This document shows, piece by piece, positions 40,739 through 51,600 of a stretch of 64,000 bases of DNA; position 1 is the first letter of the stretch, and each line of letters begins with the position of its first letter. A program made the translations under genes and the position numbers. Origin of the DNA: Zygnema circumcarinatum SAG 698-1b (taxonomy: Eukaryota > Plantae > Zygnematophyceae); the NCBI GenBank assembly GCA_037447605.1, contig CM074812.1, positions 2,294,001 through 2,358,000 on the forward strand, given 5' to 3'. The notes beneath the pieces are model-generated. The model ran no database searches and was not told the origin of the DNA. It saw nothing but the letters and a program-made list of their open reading frames with translations.

Positions 40739-43700
40739 TGGGAGAGAGAGAGAGGGAAAGGGAGAGAGAAAGAGAGAGGAAGAGGGAGAGAGAGAGGGAG
40801 AGGGAGAGTGAGAGAGGGAGAGAGAGAGAGAGAGGGGGAGGGAGAGAGGTGGGAGAGTGAGGGAGAGAGTGGTGAGAGAGAGTGATAGGTGAGAGAGAGA
40901 GGGAGATAGAGGTGAGAGAGAGAGGGAGGGAAAGAAGTGAGAGAGATAGGTGAGAGAGAGAGGGAGAGAGGTGAGGGAGGGAGAGAGAGGGAGGTCAGAG
41001 AGGGAAACAGGTGAGAGAGAGAGGGAGAGAGAGGTGAGGGAGGGATAGAGATGCGAACGAGAGGGAGAGAGGTGAGTGGGGAAAGAGAGGTGAGCGAGAG
41101 AGGGAGAGAGGTGAGAGAGAGAGAGAGGGATGAGAGAGAGGGAGAGAAAGAGGTGAGAGAAAGAGAGAGAGCAGACCTGTTTCCCGCCAGTACCGCGGGC
41201 CGTTTGATGACCTCTTCAACGAAGTCCCGAATTTGATCGCGCCAAAGAGCGGCGTTGTACTGCACCAACGCCTTGTCACTCCACCCGAAGCCTGGGAGGG
41301 AGGGAGAGGGAGGGAGGGGGAGGGAGGNNNNNNNNNNGGGAGAGGGAGGGAGGGAGAGGGAGGGAGAGGGAGGGAGAAGGAGGAAGAGGGAGGGAGAGGG
41401 AGGGAGAAGGAAGAGGAAGGTGGGAACGAAGGGACGGAGAAAAGCAAAAGGAGAGCGAAGAAAAGGGGAGGGTGGCGGGAAGGAGGGAGGGAGAGATGAT
41501 AAGTTTACCATATAGGGTATGTGGGGGATTTAACAGGACTTATGGAGTATTAGCATAGCAAGGAAAACGATAAGAAGAGACATTTGGGGTGGGAGAGAAT
41601 GAGCGACATAGATAGTGGGAGGGAGGGAGGGAGGGATTGGTGAATTTGGGCGAGATGGGAATGAGGAGAGGATGCGGAATGCATGGATGGGATGGGGGTA
41701 AGGAAGGAGAGAATTATGACAGAGTGGAAAAAGAGAGCAGCGACAGAGGGTGTGAGAGAGTGAGAGTGTGAGCCAAAGTGTGAGAGAGAGTGAAAGAGAG
41801 AGAGAGGCTTACCAAGTAGATCGATAGCGAATACATCGTATTTCTCTGCCAGCACTGGTATGTTGTACCTGCAAAGTACTTCTTTCACCCTTTTAAAAAA
41901 ATTTAAAAGATTTCGACAGAGGGAGAGGGCGGGAGGAGAGGGAGACGGAAATAGAAAGGGGGAGGGAGAGGGAGATGTGGGTTTTGGAGGTGGAGGTGAA
42001 GAGGGAGTGGTAGGCAAGAGTGAGGTAGACACACACAGAGAGATGTGGAGAGAGAGAAAAAGTGAGGGAGAGGGAGGGAGGGACCTACCTCCAATGGTAG
42101 ACCGATGCTCCAAAGCCATGCACAAGCAAAATGGCCTCCCTCCCTCCCTCTCCCGCACTCACATAGTTCACCTTCGTATGTGCCCCAAAATAAAAATAGG
42201 AAAAACTTATAAGAATACATTACTCTTCATTAAGAAAAAAATATATACATATATGTATACACATATATATTATACCTATGCATACATGTGTAAATAAGGA
42301 ACTTAAGTAATAGTAGTAATAGGACTTCACTAAGTGATCCTGTTCTTGAGGTGACTATGGTATGTCACTATGTGACATGTGAGAGAGAGTGTGAGAGAGA
42401 AAGAGAGGGAGAGGGTGAGGGAGAGGGAGAGAAGGAGAGAGGAAGGAGAGCGGCTAGAGGGAGGGGGAGACAGAGTGAGAGAGGGAGAGAGAGAGGGAGA
42501 GGGAGGGAGAGAGCGAGTGGGGAGAGAGGAGGGAGTGAGAGAGGGGGAGAGAGAGAGGTAGAGAGAGAGACCATCACTTCACATGATGTCTCACCTTATG
42601 GCCTCTCCAAGTCCAAGTCTGATAGCCTTCCTCCTTATAAGTGAGCCGCAATACCCCTATTAGAACCGATGATTGAAAAAATACGAAATAACAATAGGAC
42701 TTGGAATTAGTCAAAAGGAAATTCTTGCATTTATAAAAACGAACATGACTAAGAAAAATTACAGACCGACCAACCGAAGCCGACTAATTAAATTTAAAAT
42801 TAAACTTGACTGTGTTTGACTGTCTGAGAAAAAGGAGCATGTCAGTCAAAAAAACTTTTTTTTTGGATAAAAATCTATTCTATAAGGTCTGCAAAAAAAG
42901 GAAAGAAAAAAAAAGTAACGATAAGCATGTGATGGGTTCTGACCGTTGGCGTCAACTTCCGTGGGAGGCGCAACGGCGAGAGCGGCGTTACATGTGAGAG
43001 CTGTTCCCGTTACAGTTACAGTTACGGCTGCTCCAACGGAACCAATAAACTCCCTCCGATTCTTCACAGAACACAACTTCTCCACTCCGCCGCATCGCCT
43101 GCACTCTGCACTCCGCCTGTCTCGTTTAGAAGGGGGGCGAGGGAGGGAGGGAGGGAGGGAGGGAGGGAGGGAGGGGNNNNNNNNNNGGAGGAGGGAAGGA
43201 ATGAAGGGAGGGAGGAGGGAAGGAAGGGACGGAGGGAGGGAGAGAAGAGAAAAGGGAGAGAGGGAGGGAGGAAGGGAGGGAGGGAGGGACGGAGGGAGAG
43301 AAGAGAAGAGCGAGAGAGGGAGGGAGGAAGGGAGGGAGGAAGGGAGGGAGGGAGGGAGGAGGAAGGGAGGAGGGAAGGAAGGGAGGGAGGGAGGGAGAGA
43401 AGAGACAAGGGAGAGAGGGTGGTAGGGAGGGAGAGAGGGAGGGAGGAAGGGAGGAAGGGAGGGAGGGAGGGAGGAAGGGAAGGGAGGGAGGGAAGGACGA
43501 AGGGAGAGAGGAGAAGCGCGAGTGAGGGAGGGAGAGAGAGAGGGAGGGAGGAAGGGAGGGAGGGAGAGTGAAAGAGAAGAGAAGAGGGAGAGAGAAAGAG
43601 TGGGAAAGACGGAGAATAGATTTCTCCACCGCCATGCACTGATGACATACTTAACGTTTGAAATGTGACGGGACTGAAATTCAATCGCTCTCAAGTGCCA

Positions 43701-43857
43701 GCTGGCAGACCCTGACCTCTCCCACTCTAGGTTTTGGGGGGCTCTGTTGAAAGCACCTGAGAGGAGGACGGGAAAGGTACGGACGAGGAAGGAGAGGAAG
43801 CGACCAATGGGGACGTGCCACGTGGGAGAGGAGGGAGGGAGAGAGGCCCGCAGCCAT
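38762..43857 (-). CDS. Plastid alpha/beta hydrolase, pheophytinase-related At4g36530-type
   Basis: Exons: probable transit-peptide exon from ATG 43857 (MAAGLSPSLLSHVARPHW; boundaries uncertain); ~43116-42944 (RREFIGSVGAA...AVA, lumenal/Tat-like); 42656-42595 (YQTWTWRGHK); 42171-42089 (LLVHGFGASVYHWR); 41868-41813 (YNIPVLAEKYDVFAIDLLG); 41291-41177 (FGWSDKALVQY...LAGNS); 40697-40388 (VGGYAVL...LLNSAGQF...AKQPNRIRQVL); 39642-39551; 39008-38762 (LLLWGDLDPW...AGHCPHDEAP...TAG). Phases are consistent. Confidence 0.88.
38999..39530. promoter_or_regulatory. Cluster of 11 TGACGTCA (C-box/CRE, bZIP-type) palindromes, 10 in the last intron of the plastid hydrolase
   Basis: Exact matches at 38999, 39042, 39073, 39109, 39141, 39225, 39268, 39392, 39463, 39511 and 39523. 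Regulatory function is inference only. Confidence 0.45.
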
Positions 43858-44254
43858 GGGGGGAGGGAGGGGGAAGGAGAGGAGGGAGGAAGGGACGAGA
43901 GGGGAGGGAGAGAGGGAAGGGAGAGGGGAGATAGAGAGAGAGAGAGAGTGAGAGAGGGAGAGGGAGAGAGAGAGAACGGGAGAGAGAGAACGGGAGAGAG
44001 GGGAACGGAGCGAGACGGAGAGAGCGAGAGAGAGAGAGAGGAAGAGGGAGGGAGGGAGAGGCGTGGATCGCACGCAGGTGAAAGCGGCTTTCGTGGCCTT
44101 CGGACTGCCACTTGCGAATCTTGTGACTGAGGACACGCCACGTGGGCCGAATCCGACCGTTGGATGGAGCTTCGTGGTCAGCGTCTTGTCGTCGATCACT
44201 GAAAATTCTCTCTTCGGAAAACCTGGTTTGCCTTTTTGACCGCCAGTTCCCAGT

Positions 44255-44425
44255 TTTCGGTTTCCGGTTTCTGGTTTCTGGTTTCTGGTTTTTGGTTTCT
44301 CTTTTCTGGTTTCCAGTTTTCGGTTCTGGTTTCTGGTTTCCAGTTTTCGGTTCTGGCTTCTGGTTTCCAGTTTTCGGTTCTTATTTCTGGTTTCCAGTTT
44401 TCGGTTCTGGTTTTTGGTTTTTGGT
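44255..44425 (+). repeat. ~27-bp tandem repeat (TTCTGGTTTCCAGTTTTCGGTTCTGGT) in the divergent promoter between the hydrolase and FMT
   Basis: About 4 units plus (TTTCTGG)n flanks. A G-box GCCACGTGG lies at 44137-44145. Confidence 0.75.
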
Positions 44426-44723
44426 TTGTTGCTTTACACCGTACGGTACTTCTTGTCAGGAAAATGTCCATGGGAATGTGAAATATCGTATCGTATCGTA
44501 TCTTATCGTATCGTTTCGTATCGCGTTTAGGAAATTCAGAAAAAACTGCCAACGATTGGCTATATTCTGATACGCGATATATTGTCTTCAGTCACGGAAA
44601 TATTGTATTGGCAATACGAGATAGTTCAGATATGCATCGAATACTCCGATATTCCTCGATTCCTAGTCATTATCACTCCATAGGAGGTCGCTCAAAATTT
44701 CGAATCCTCCAACTGAGGCAGCC

Positions 44724-45629
44724 ATGGCTGCCGCCTCCCTCCCGTCCCTCCTCCGCCTCCAGGGCCTCTCTCATTCTCCCAGTCGCTCCTTCTCCCGTCC
44801 TCTCCCTCCCTCTCTCCATCCCTCACTCTCTCGGCCTCTCTCGTCCTCTCTGTCTCCTTCTCTCACTCGTCCTCTCCCCCCTCTCCCTCCCTCTCTCTCG
44901 CCCTCTCTCTCTCCATCTCTCTTCCCTCTCTCGTCTCTCTCTTATCTCTCTCCTCTTCTGAGGCGATTTGGATTCGGGTTTGGTGAGCATGCCACGTGGT
45001 ACTCCTTGACGAGGTTTCCACGTGGCGGGAGGGGAGTGGTGACAGCTGGCGCCATATCAGGGGGGGGAGGAGGGAAAAAGAAACTGGTTTTTCTCGGCAC
45101 GCCGGAGGTGAGTTTTTTCGACCTATTAATGAAGTTTTTTTTTTAAATTGATGAATTTGTATGAGATTATATTTTTACTTTTTCATGTTCATGTCTTGAA
45201 GAGAGAGTGTGGGAAAGGGAAGCAAGGTCGAGGGAGAGAGAGGAAGAGAGCAGGGAAGGGGGAGGGAATGGGAAAGACGGGAGAGGGAGTGGGAGAGGAA
45301 GGGCTGTGCTAGTGAGTGACAGAAAGAGAATGCCTTTGTATGAGAGAGAGTGTGTCTATGTGTGAGAGAGAAAGAGAGAGAGGGAGGGGCTGAAGAGTGA
45401 GAGAGAGAGTGTGTCTATGTGTGAGGGAGAATGAGAGAGAGAGGGGCCGAAGTGTGAGAGAGAGAGTGTGTATATGTGAGAAAGAGAAAGAGAGAAAGTG
45501 AGGGGCCAGAGAGTGAGAGAGAGAGTGTGTCTATGTGAGAAAGGGAAAGAGAGAGAGAGAGGGGCGGGAGAGAGAGAGTGTGCCTATGTGTGAGAGTGAA
45601 AGAGAGAGGGTGAGAGTGGGAGTGGGACC

Positions 45630-45693
<64 letters not shown>

Positions 45694-48600
45694 GGAGACG
45701 GAGAGTGAGAGAGGGAGGGGGGCGTAGGTGGCAGCGAAAGTGCTGGGGAGGCTTCTCGATGCGGCGGAAGGCTCCGACTCGCTCTTTCAGGTCAGTCTCA
45801 ATTTCTTAATTCTGAAACATTCAAAACTCAAACTACTAATTTATGGAAAATCTGAAAACCCAGAGCCCCCCAAAAGCCCAATTTTTTTAATCCCTAAACC
45901 TCCAAAAGTTTAGGGGAAACCCCAAAAGCGTAAAATCCCAAAATCTTTGTCTTGACACATGAATATCTAAAATTCTGCAAACTTGAGTTTTTTTCCTGCC
46001 AGGTGGCAGCAGTAGTGACTCAGCCTCCCTCCAGTAGAGGGAGAGGACGAAAGAAGGAGAGTCCAATTCCGTCACCAGTTGCGTTACTGGCAACGGAACG
46101 GTCCTTTCCTACTGAAAGGATTTTTTCACCGGAGAGTGCAAAAGAGGCAAGTGCTGATCTCTCTCTCTCTCTCGCTCTCTCTCCCACTCTCCCTCTCTCG
46201 CTCCCTCACTCTCTCTCTTTCCCTCTATCTATCTCAAGCCCCTTCTTCTCTCTCCCTTCTTCTGTTGCTCTCTATCGGTCCCCACCTCCGCACCCTCTAC
46301 CTCTCCCACTCTCCCCTCTCCCTCAATCTCTCCACTCCTCTCCTACTCCCTCGTCCCTCCTTACTTCGGGCTCTCCTTCCTTTCTTCTCTCTCCTCTCAC
46401 ATTTTTCTTCTTACTTCTTCATTTTTTCTGTTTCTCTCTTCCTCTCCCTCTCCCACTCTGCCCCCTCTCCCACACTTCCTCCACCCTCTCTCTCTCGTTC
46501 TCGTTCCTCCTCCCATTCTCTCTCCCTCCCTCACTCTCTCTCCCTCCGCCCTCCCTTTCTGCCCTCTCTCACACACTTCCTCCACCCTCTCTCTCTCTCG
46601 TTCTCGTTCTCCCTCCCATTCTCTCTCTCCCCCTCACTCTCTCTCCCTCTGCCCTCCCTCTCTCTCTCACTCTCTCTCTCTCGCACTCTCTCTGCAGGCC
46701 TCGTTTTTGGAAGCGTTAGCAGAAATCGGCCCAGATCTATGTGTGACGGCAGCGTACGGAAATTTTCTTCCAAATGGATTTCTCTCTATTCCTTCTCGAG
46801 GTGATTAAGAAAATTTCAACTGTAAAGTTGTAGGTCAAGAAATTACGATATTGCCCTCAGTAGGCTCACTTTGCTTCAATCTCTAACCTCCTTTCAGAAA
46901 CTCTCTCTCTCGAGTCTCTCCTTTTCGCTTACCCACTCTCTCACATCCCCTCTGCTTCCCCTTCCCCTCTCTCCTACTTTTAACTCGATCTCCCAATCTC
47001 ACCTTCCCCTCTATCTCAATCTCTCTCTCTTGCTCTGCCCTTCTCACTAACTCTCTCTCCCCGTTCTCTCTTTTTCTCACCCCTCACTCTCCCTCCTCCC
47101 TCCATGGCCTCGTTCCTCCTCTTCCCACCCTCCTCCTTTCCCTGTCTCTCTCCCCCCCTTCTCCTTCCCCCTCTCTCACTTCCTCCCCCCCACAACCCTC
47201 GCTACCCCATTCCCTCCCCCTCTCCCACTCTCCCCCTTATTCCTCTCTCCCTCTCCCTCTCGCTCTCCCTCTCCTTCTCCCTCTCCATCTCCTCTCCCTG
47301 CCCCTCTCCCCCTCTCCCTCTCCCTCTCCCTCTCCCTCTCCCTCTCCCTCNNNNNNNNNNGTGGGGAGGGAGGGGGAGAGGACATTGAGGGAGGGGCGAG
47401 GGGGAGGGAGAGGAGTGGAAGGGTCGGAGGTAGGGTGGAAGAGGGAGGGAAAGGTGGACGGAAAGAAAGGGGGAAAGGAAGGAAGGGGGGGGAGGGGGAG
47501 ACAGAGAGAGAGAGAGAGAGAGAGCGAGGGGGAGGAAGGTGTGCGGCAGTGGAAGGAGTGGAAGAGGAGAATAGTCTTTTTTTCTCATTCAACTTTATTT
47601 TCATTGTTCTCTCTTTTTTCCTTTCGCTGCATTTCAGGCCCCACAACTCCTTGAAGACCTCTTCCATCGGGGTATGATATAAATTCTCACAATAAAATAG
47701 CTATAGATAACTGTAATATTGTGATCAACAATCTCTTATTATATCGATGTACAGTATCGCAGTAAGTACTATTCCTTTCTTGCATTTTTAGCGCTTCATT
47801 CTTGCATCTGTTTTTTTTAATTTCTTTATATTTTTTAAGAGAGGCTGAATTGTTTTGTTGCTTCTCCCTCTCCCTCTCCCCCTCCCTCTCCCTCTCCCTC
47901 TCTTCCTCTCTCTCCCCCTCCCTCTCCCTCTCCTCTCCCTCTCCCTCTCCCTCTCCCTCTCCCTCTCCCTCTCCCTCTCCCTCTCCCTCTCCCTCCCTCT
48001 CCCTCTCCCTCTCCCTCTCTCTCTCTCCCTCTCCCTCTCCCTCTCCTTCTCCCTCTCCCTCTCCCTCTCCCTCTCCCTCTCCCTCTCTCTCTCCCTCTTC
48101 CTCTCCCTACCCTCTCTCTCCCTCTCCCTCTCCCTCTCCCCCTCCTATCCCTCTCCCTCTCCCTCTCCCTCTCCCTCTCCCTCTCCCTCTCCCTCTCCTC
48201 CCTCCCTCTCCCTCTCTCTCCCTCTCCCTCTCCCTCTCCCTCTCCCTCTCCCTCTCCCTCTCCCTCTCCCTCTCCTTCTCTCCTCTCCCTCTCCCTCTCC
48301 CTCTCCCTCTCCCTCTTCCTCTCCCTCTCCCTCTCCCTCTCCCTCTCCCCCTCCTTATCCCTCTCCCTCTCCCTCTCCCTCTCCCTCTCCCTCTCCCTCT
48401 CCCTCTCCCTCTCCCTCTCCCTCTCCCTCTCCCTCTCCCTCTCCTCCCTCTCCCTCTCCCTCTCCCTCCCTCCCTCTCCCTCTCCTTCTCCCTCTCCCTC
48501 TCCCTCTCCCTCTCCCTCTCCCTCTCCCTCTCCCTCTCCCTCTCCCTCTCCTTCTCCCTCTCCCTCTCTTCTTCTCCCTCTCCCTCTCTCCCTCTCCCTC

Positions 48601-51600
48601 TTCCTCCCTCTTCCCTCTCTCTCTCCCCCTCCCCTCTCTCCCTCTCCCTCTCCCTCTCCCTCTCCCTCTCCCTCTCCCTCTTCTTCTCCCTCTCCCTCTC
48701 CCTCTTCTTCTCCCTCTCCCTCTCCCTCTCCCTCTCCCTCTCCCTCTCCCTCTCCCTCTCCCTCTCCCTCTCCCTCTCCCTCTCCCTCTCCCTCTCCCTC
48801 TCCCTCTCCCTCTCCCTCTCCCTCTCCCTCTCCCGCTCCTCCTCTCCCTCTCCTCTCCCTCTCTCTCCCCTCCCTCTCCCTCTCCCTCTCCCTCTCCCTC
48901 TCCCTCTCCCTCTCCCTCTCCCTCTCCTCTCCCTCTCCCTCTCCCTCTCCCTCTCTCCCTCTCCCTCCTCCCTCTCTCTCTCCCTCTCCCTCTCCCTCTC
49001 CCTCTCCCTCTCCCTCTCCTCTCCTCTCCCTCTCTCTCCCTCTCCCTCTTCTCTCCCTCTCCCTCTCCCTCTCCCTCTCCTCTCCTCTCCCCTTCCTATC
49101 CTCTCCCTCTCCCTCTCCCTCTCCCTCTCCCTCTCCCTCTCCCTCTCCCTCTCCCTCTCCCTCTCCCTCTCCCTCTCCCTCTCCCTCTCCCTCTCCCTCT
49201 CCCTCTCCTCTCCCTCTCCCTCTCCCTCTCCCTCTCCCTCTCCCTCTCCCTCTCCCTCTCCTCTTCCTCTCCCACTCTCCCTCTCCCTCTCCCTCTCCTT
49301 CCTATCCTCTCCTCTCCCTCTCCTCTCCCTCTCCCTCTCCTCTCCTCTCCCTCTCCTCTCCCTCTCCCTCTCCTCCCTCTCCTCTCCTCCACTCTCCTCT
49401 CCTCTCCCTCTCCCTCTCCCTCTCCCTCTCCTCTCCCTCTCCCTCTCCCTCTCCCTCTCCCTCTCCCTCTCCCTCTCCCTCTCCCTCTCCTCTCCTCTTC
49501 TTCTCCTCTCCCTCTCCCTCTCCCTCTCCCTCTCCTCTCCTCTCTCTCCCCTCCCTCTCCCTCTCCCTCTCCCTCTCCCTCTCCCTCTCCCTCTCCTCTC
49601 CTCTTCTTCTCCCTCTCCCTCCCTCCCTCTTCTTCTCCTCTCCCTCTCCCTCTCCTCTCCCTCTCCCTCTCCCTCTCCCTCTCCCTCTCCCTCTCCCTCT
49701 CCCTCTCCCTCTCCCTCTCCCTCTCCCTCTCCTCTCCCTCACCTCTCCCTCTCCCGCTCCCTCCTCTCCCTCTCCCTCTCCTCTCCCTCTCCCTCTCTCT
49801 CCTTTCCCTCTTCCTCTTCCTCTTCCTCTTCCTCTCTCCCTTTCCCACTCTCCCTCTCCCCGTCCCCTCCCACTGCCCCTCCCCTCCCTTCCCTCTTCCC
49901 CTCCCTCTCCCTCTTCCCATCCCTCTCCCTCTTCCCATCCCTCTCCCTCGTCCCCTCCTTTCCTTTCTCCTCTCCCTCCGCTCCTCCCTCTCCCGCTCCT
50001 CCCTCTCCCGGAATTTCCTTTCTCCCTCCGCTTTCCCTTTCTCCTTTCCCTCTCCCGCTCCCTCCCTCTCCCTCTCCCTCTCCCTCTCTCCCCTCCACTC
50101 TCCCTCTCCCTCTCCTCTCCACTCTCCCTCTCTCTCCCTCTCCCTCCTCCTCCCTCTCCCTCTCCTCTTCTTCTCCCTCTCCTCTCCTCTCCTCTCTCCC
50201 TCTCCCTCTCCCTCTCCTCTCCTCTCCCCCTCCCTCTCCCTCTCCCTCTCCCTCTCCCTCTCCCTCTCCCTCTCCCTCCACTCTTCTTCTCCCTCTCCCT
50301 CTCCTCTCCTTCTCCCTCTCCTTCTCCCTCTCCCTCTCCTCCCTCTCCCTCTCCCTCTCCCTCTCCTCTCCCTCTCCTCTCCCTCTCCCTCTCCCTCTCC
50401 CTCTCCTCTCCCTCTCCCTCTCCCTCTCCCTCTCCCTCTCCTCCCTCTCCCTCTCCCTCTCCCTCTCCCTCTCCTCCTCTCCTCCTCTCCCTCTCCCTCT
50501 CCCTCTCCCTCTCCCTCTCCCTCTCCTCCTCCTCTCCCTCTCCTCTCCCTCTCCTCTCCCTCTCCCTCTCCCTCTCCTCTCCCGCTCCCTCCCTCTCCCG
50601 CTCCCTCCCTCTCCCATTCCTTTCTCCTCGCCCTTTCTCCTTTCCCTCTCGCTCCCCTCCCTCTCCTCTCCCTCTCCCTCTCTCTCTCCCCCTCCTCTCC
50701 TCTCCTCTCCACTCTCCCTCTCCCTCTCCCTCTCCCTCTCCCTCTCCTCCTCTCCCTCTCCCTCTTCTTCTCCCTCTCCCTCTCCTCTCCACTCTCCCTC
50801 TCCCTCCTCCCTCTCCCTCTCTCTCTCCCCTCCCTCTCCCTCTCCTCTCCTCCTCCTCTCCTCTCCCTCTCCCTCTCCCTCTTCTTCTCCTCTCCCTCTC
50901 CCTCTCCTTCTCCTCTCAGCTACTCCCTCTCCCTCTCCCTCTCCCTCTCCCTCTCCCTCTCCACTCTCCTCTCCCTCCTCCCTCTCCTCTCCTCTCCTCT
51001 CCCTCTCCCTCTCCCTCTCCCTCTCCCTCTCCCTCCCTCTCCCTCTCCCTCTCCCTCTCCCTCTCCCTCCTCCCTCTCCTCTCCTCTCCTCCTCCCTCTC
51101 CCTCCTCTCCCTCTCCTCTCCCTCTCCCTCTCCCTCTCCCTCTCCCTCTCCTCTCCTCTCCCTCTCCTCTCCCACTCCCTCCCTCTCCCTCTCCTCTCCC
51201 TCTCCTCTCTCCTCTCTCTCCCTTTCCTTTCCTCTTCCTCTTCCTCTTCCTCTTTCTCTCCCGCCCCTCTCCCTCTCCCCGTCCCCTCCCTCTGCCCCTC
51301 CCCTCCCTTCCCTCTTCCCCTCCCTCTCCCTCTTCCCATCCCTCTCCCTCTTCCCATCCCTCTCCCTCGTCCCCTCCCTTTCCCTTTCTCCCTCTCCCTC
51401 TCCCGCTCCCTCCCTCTCCCGCTCCCTCCCTCTCCCATTCCCTTTCTCCCTCTCCCTTTCCCTACTCCTTTCCCTCTCCCGCTCCCTCCCTCTCCCTCTC
51501 CCTCTCCTTCTCTCTCTCCCCTCCCTCTCCCTCTCCCTCTCCCTCTCCCTCTCCCTCTCCCTCTCCCTCTCCCTCTCCCTCTCCCTCTCCCTCTCCCTCT

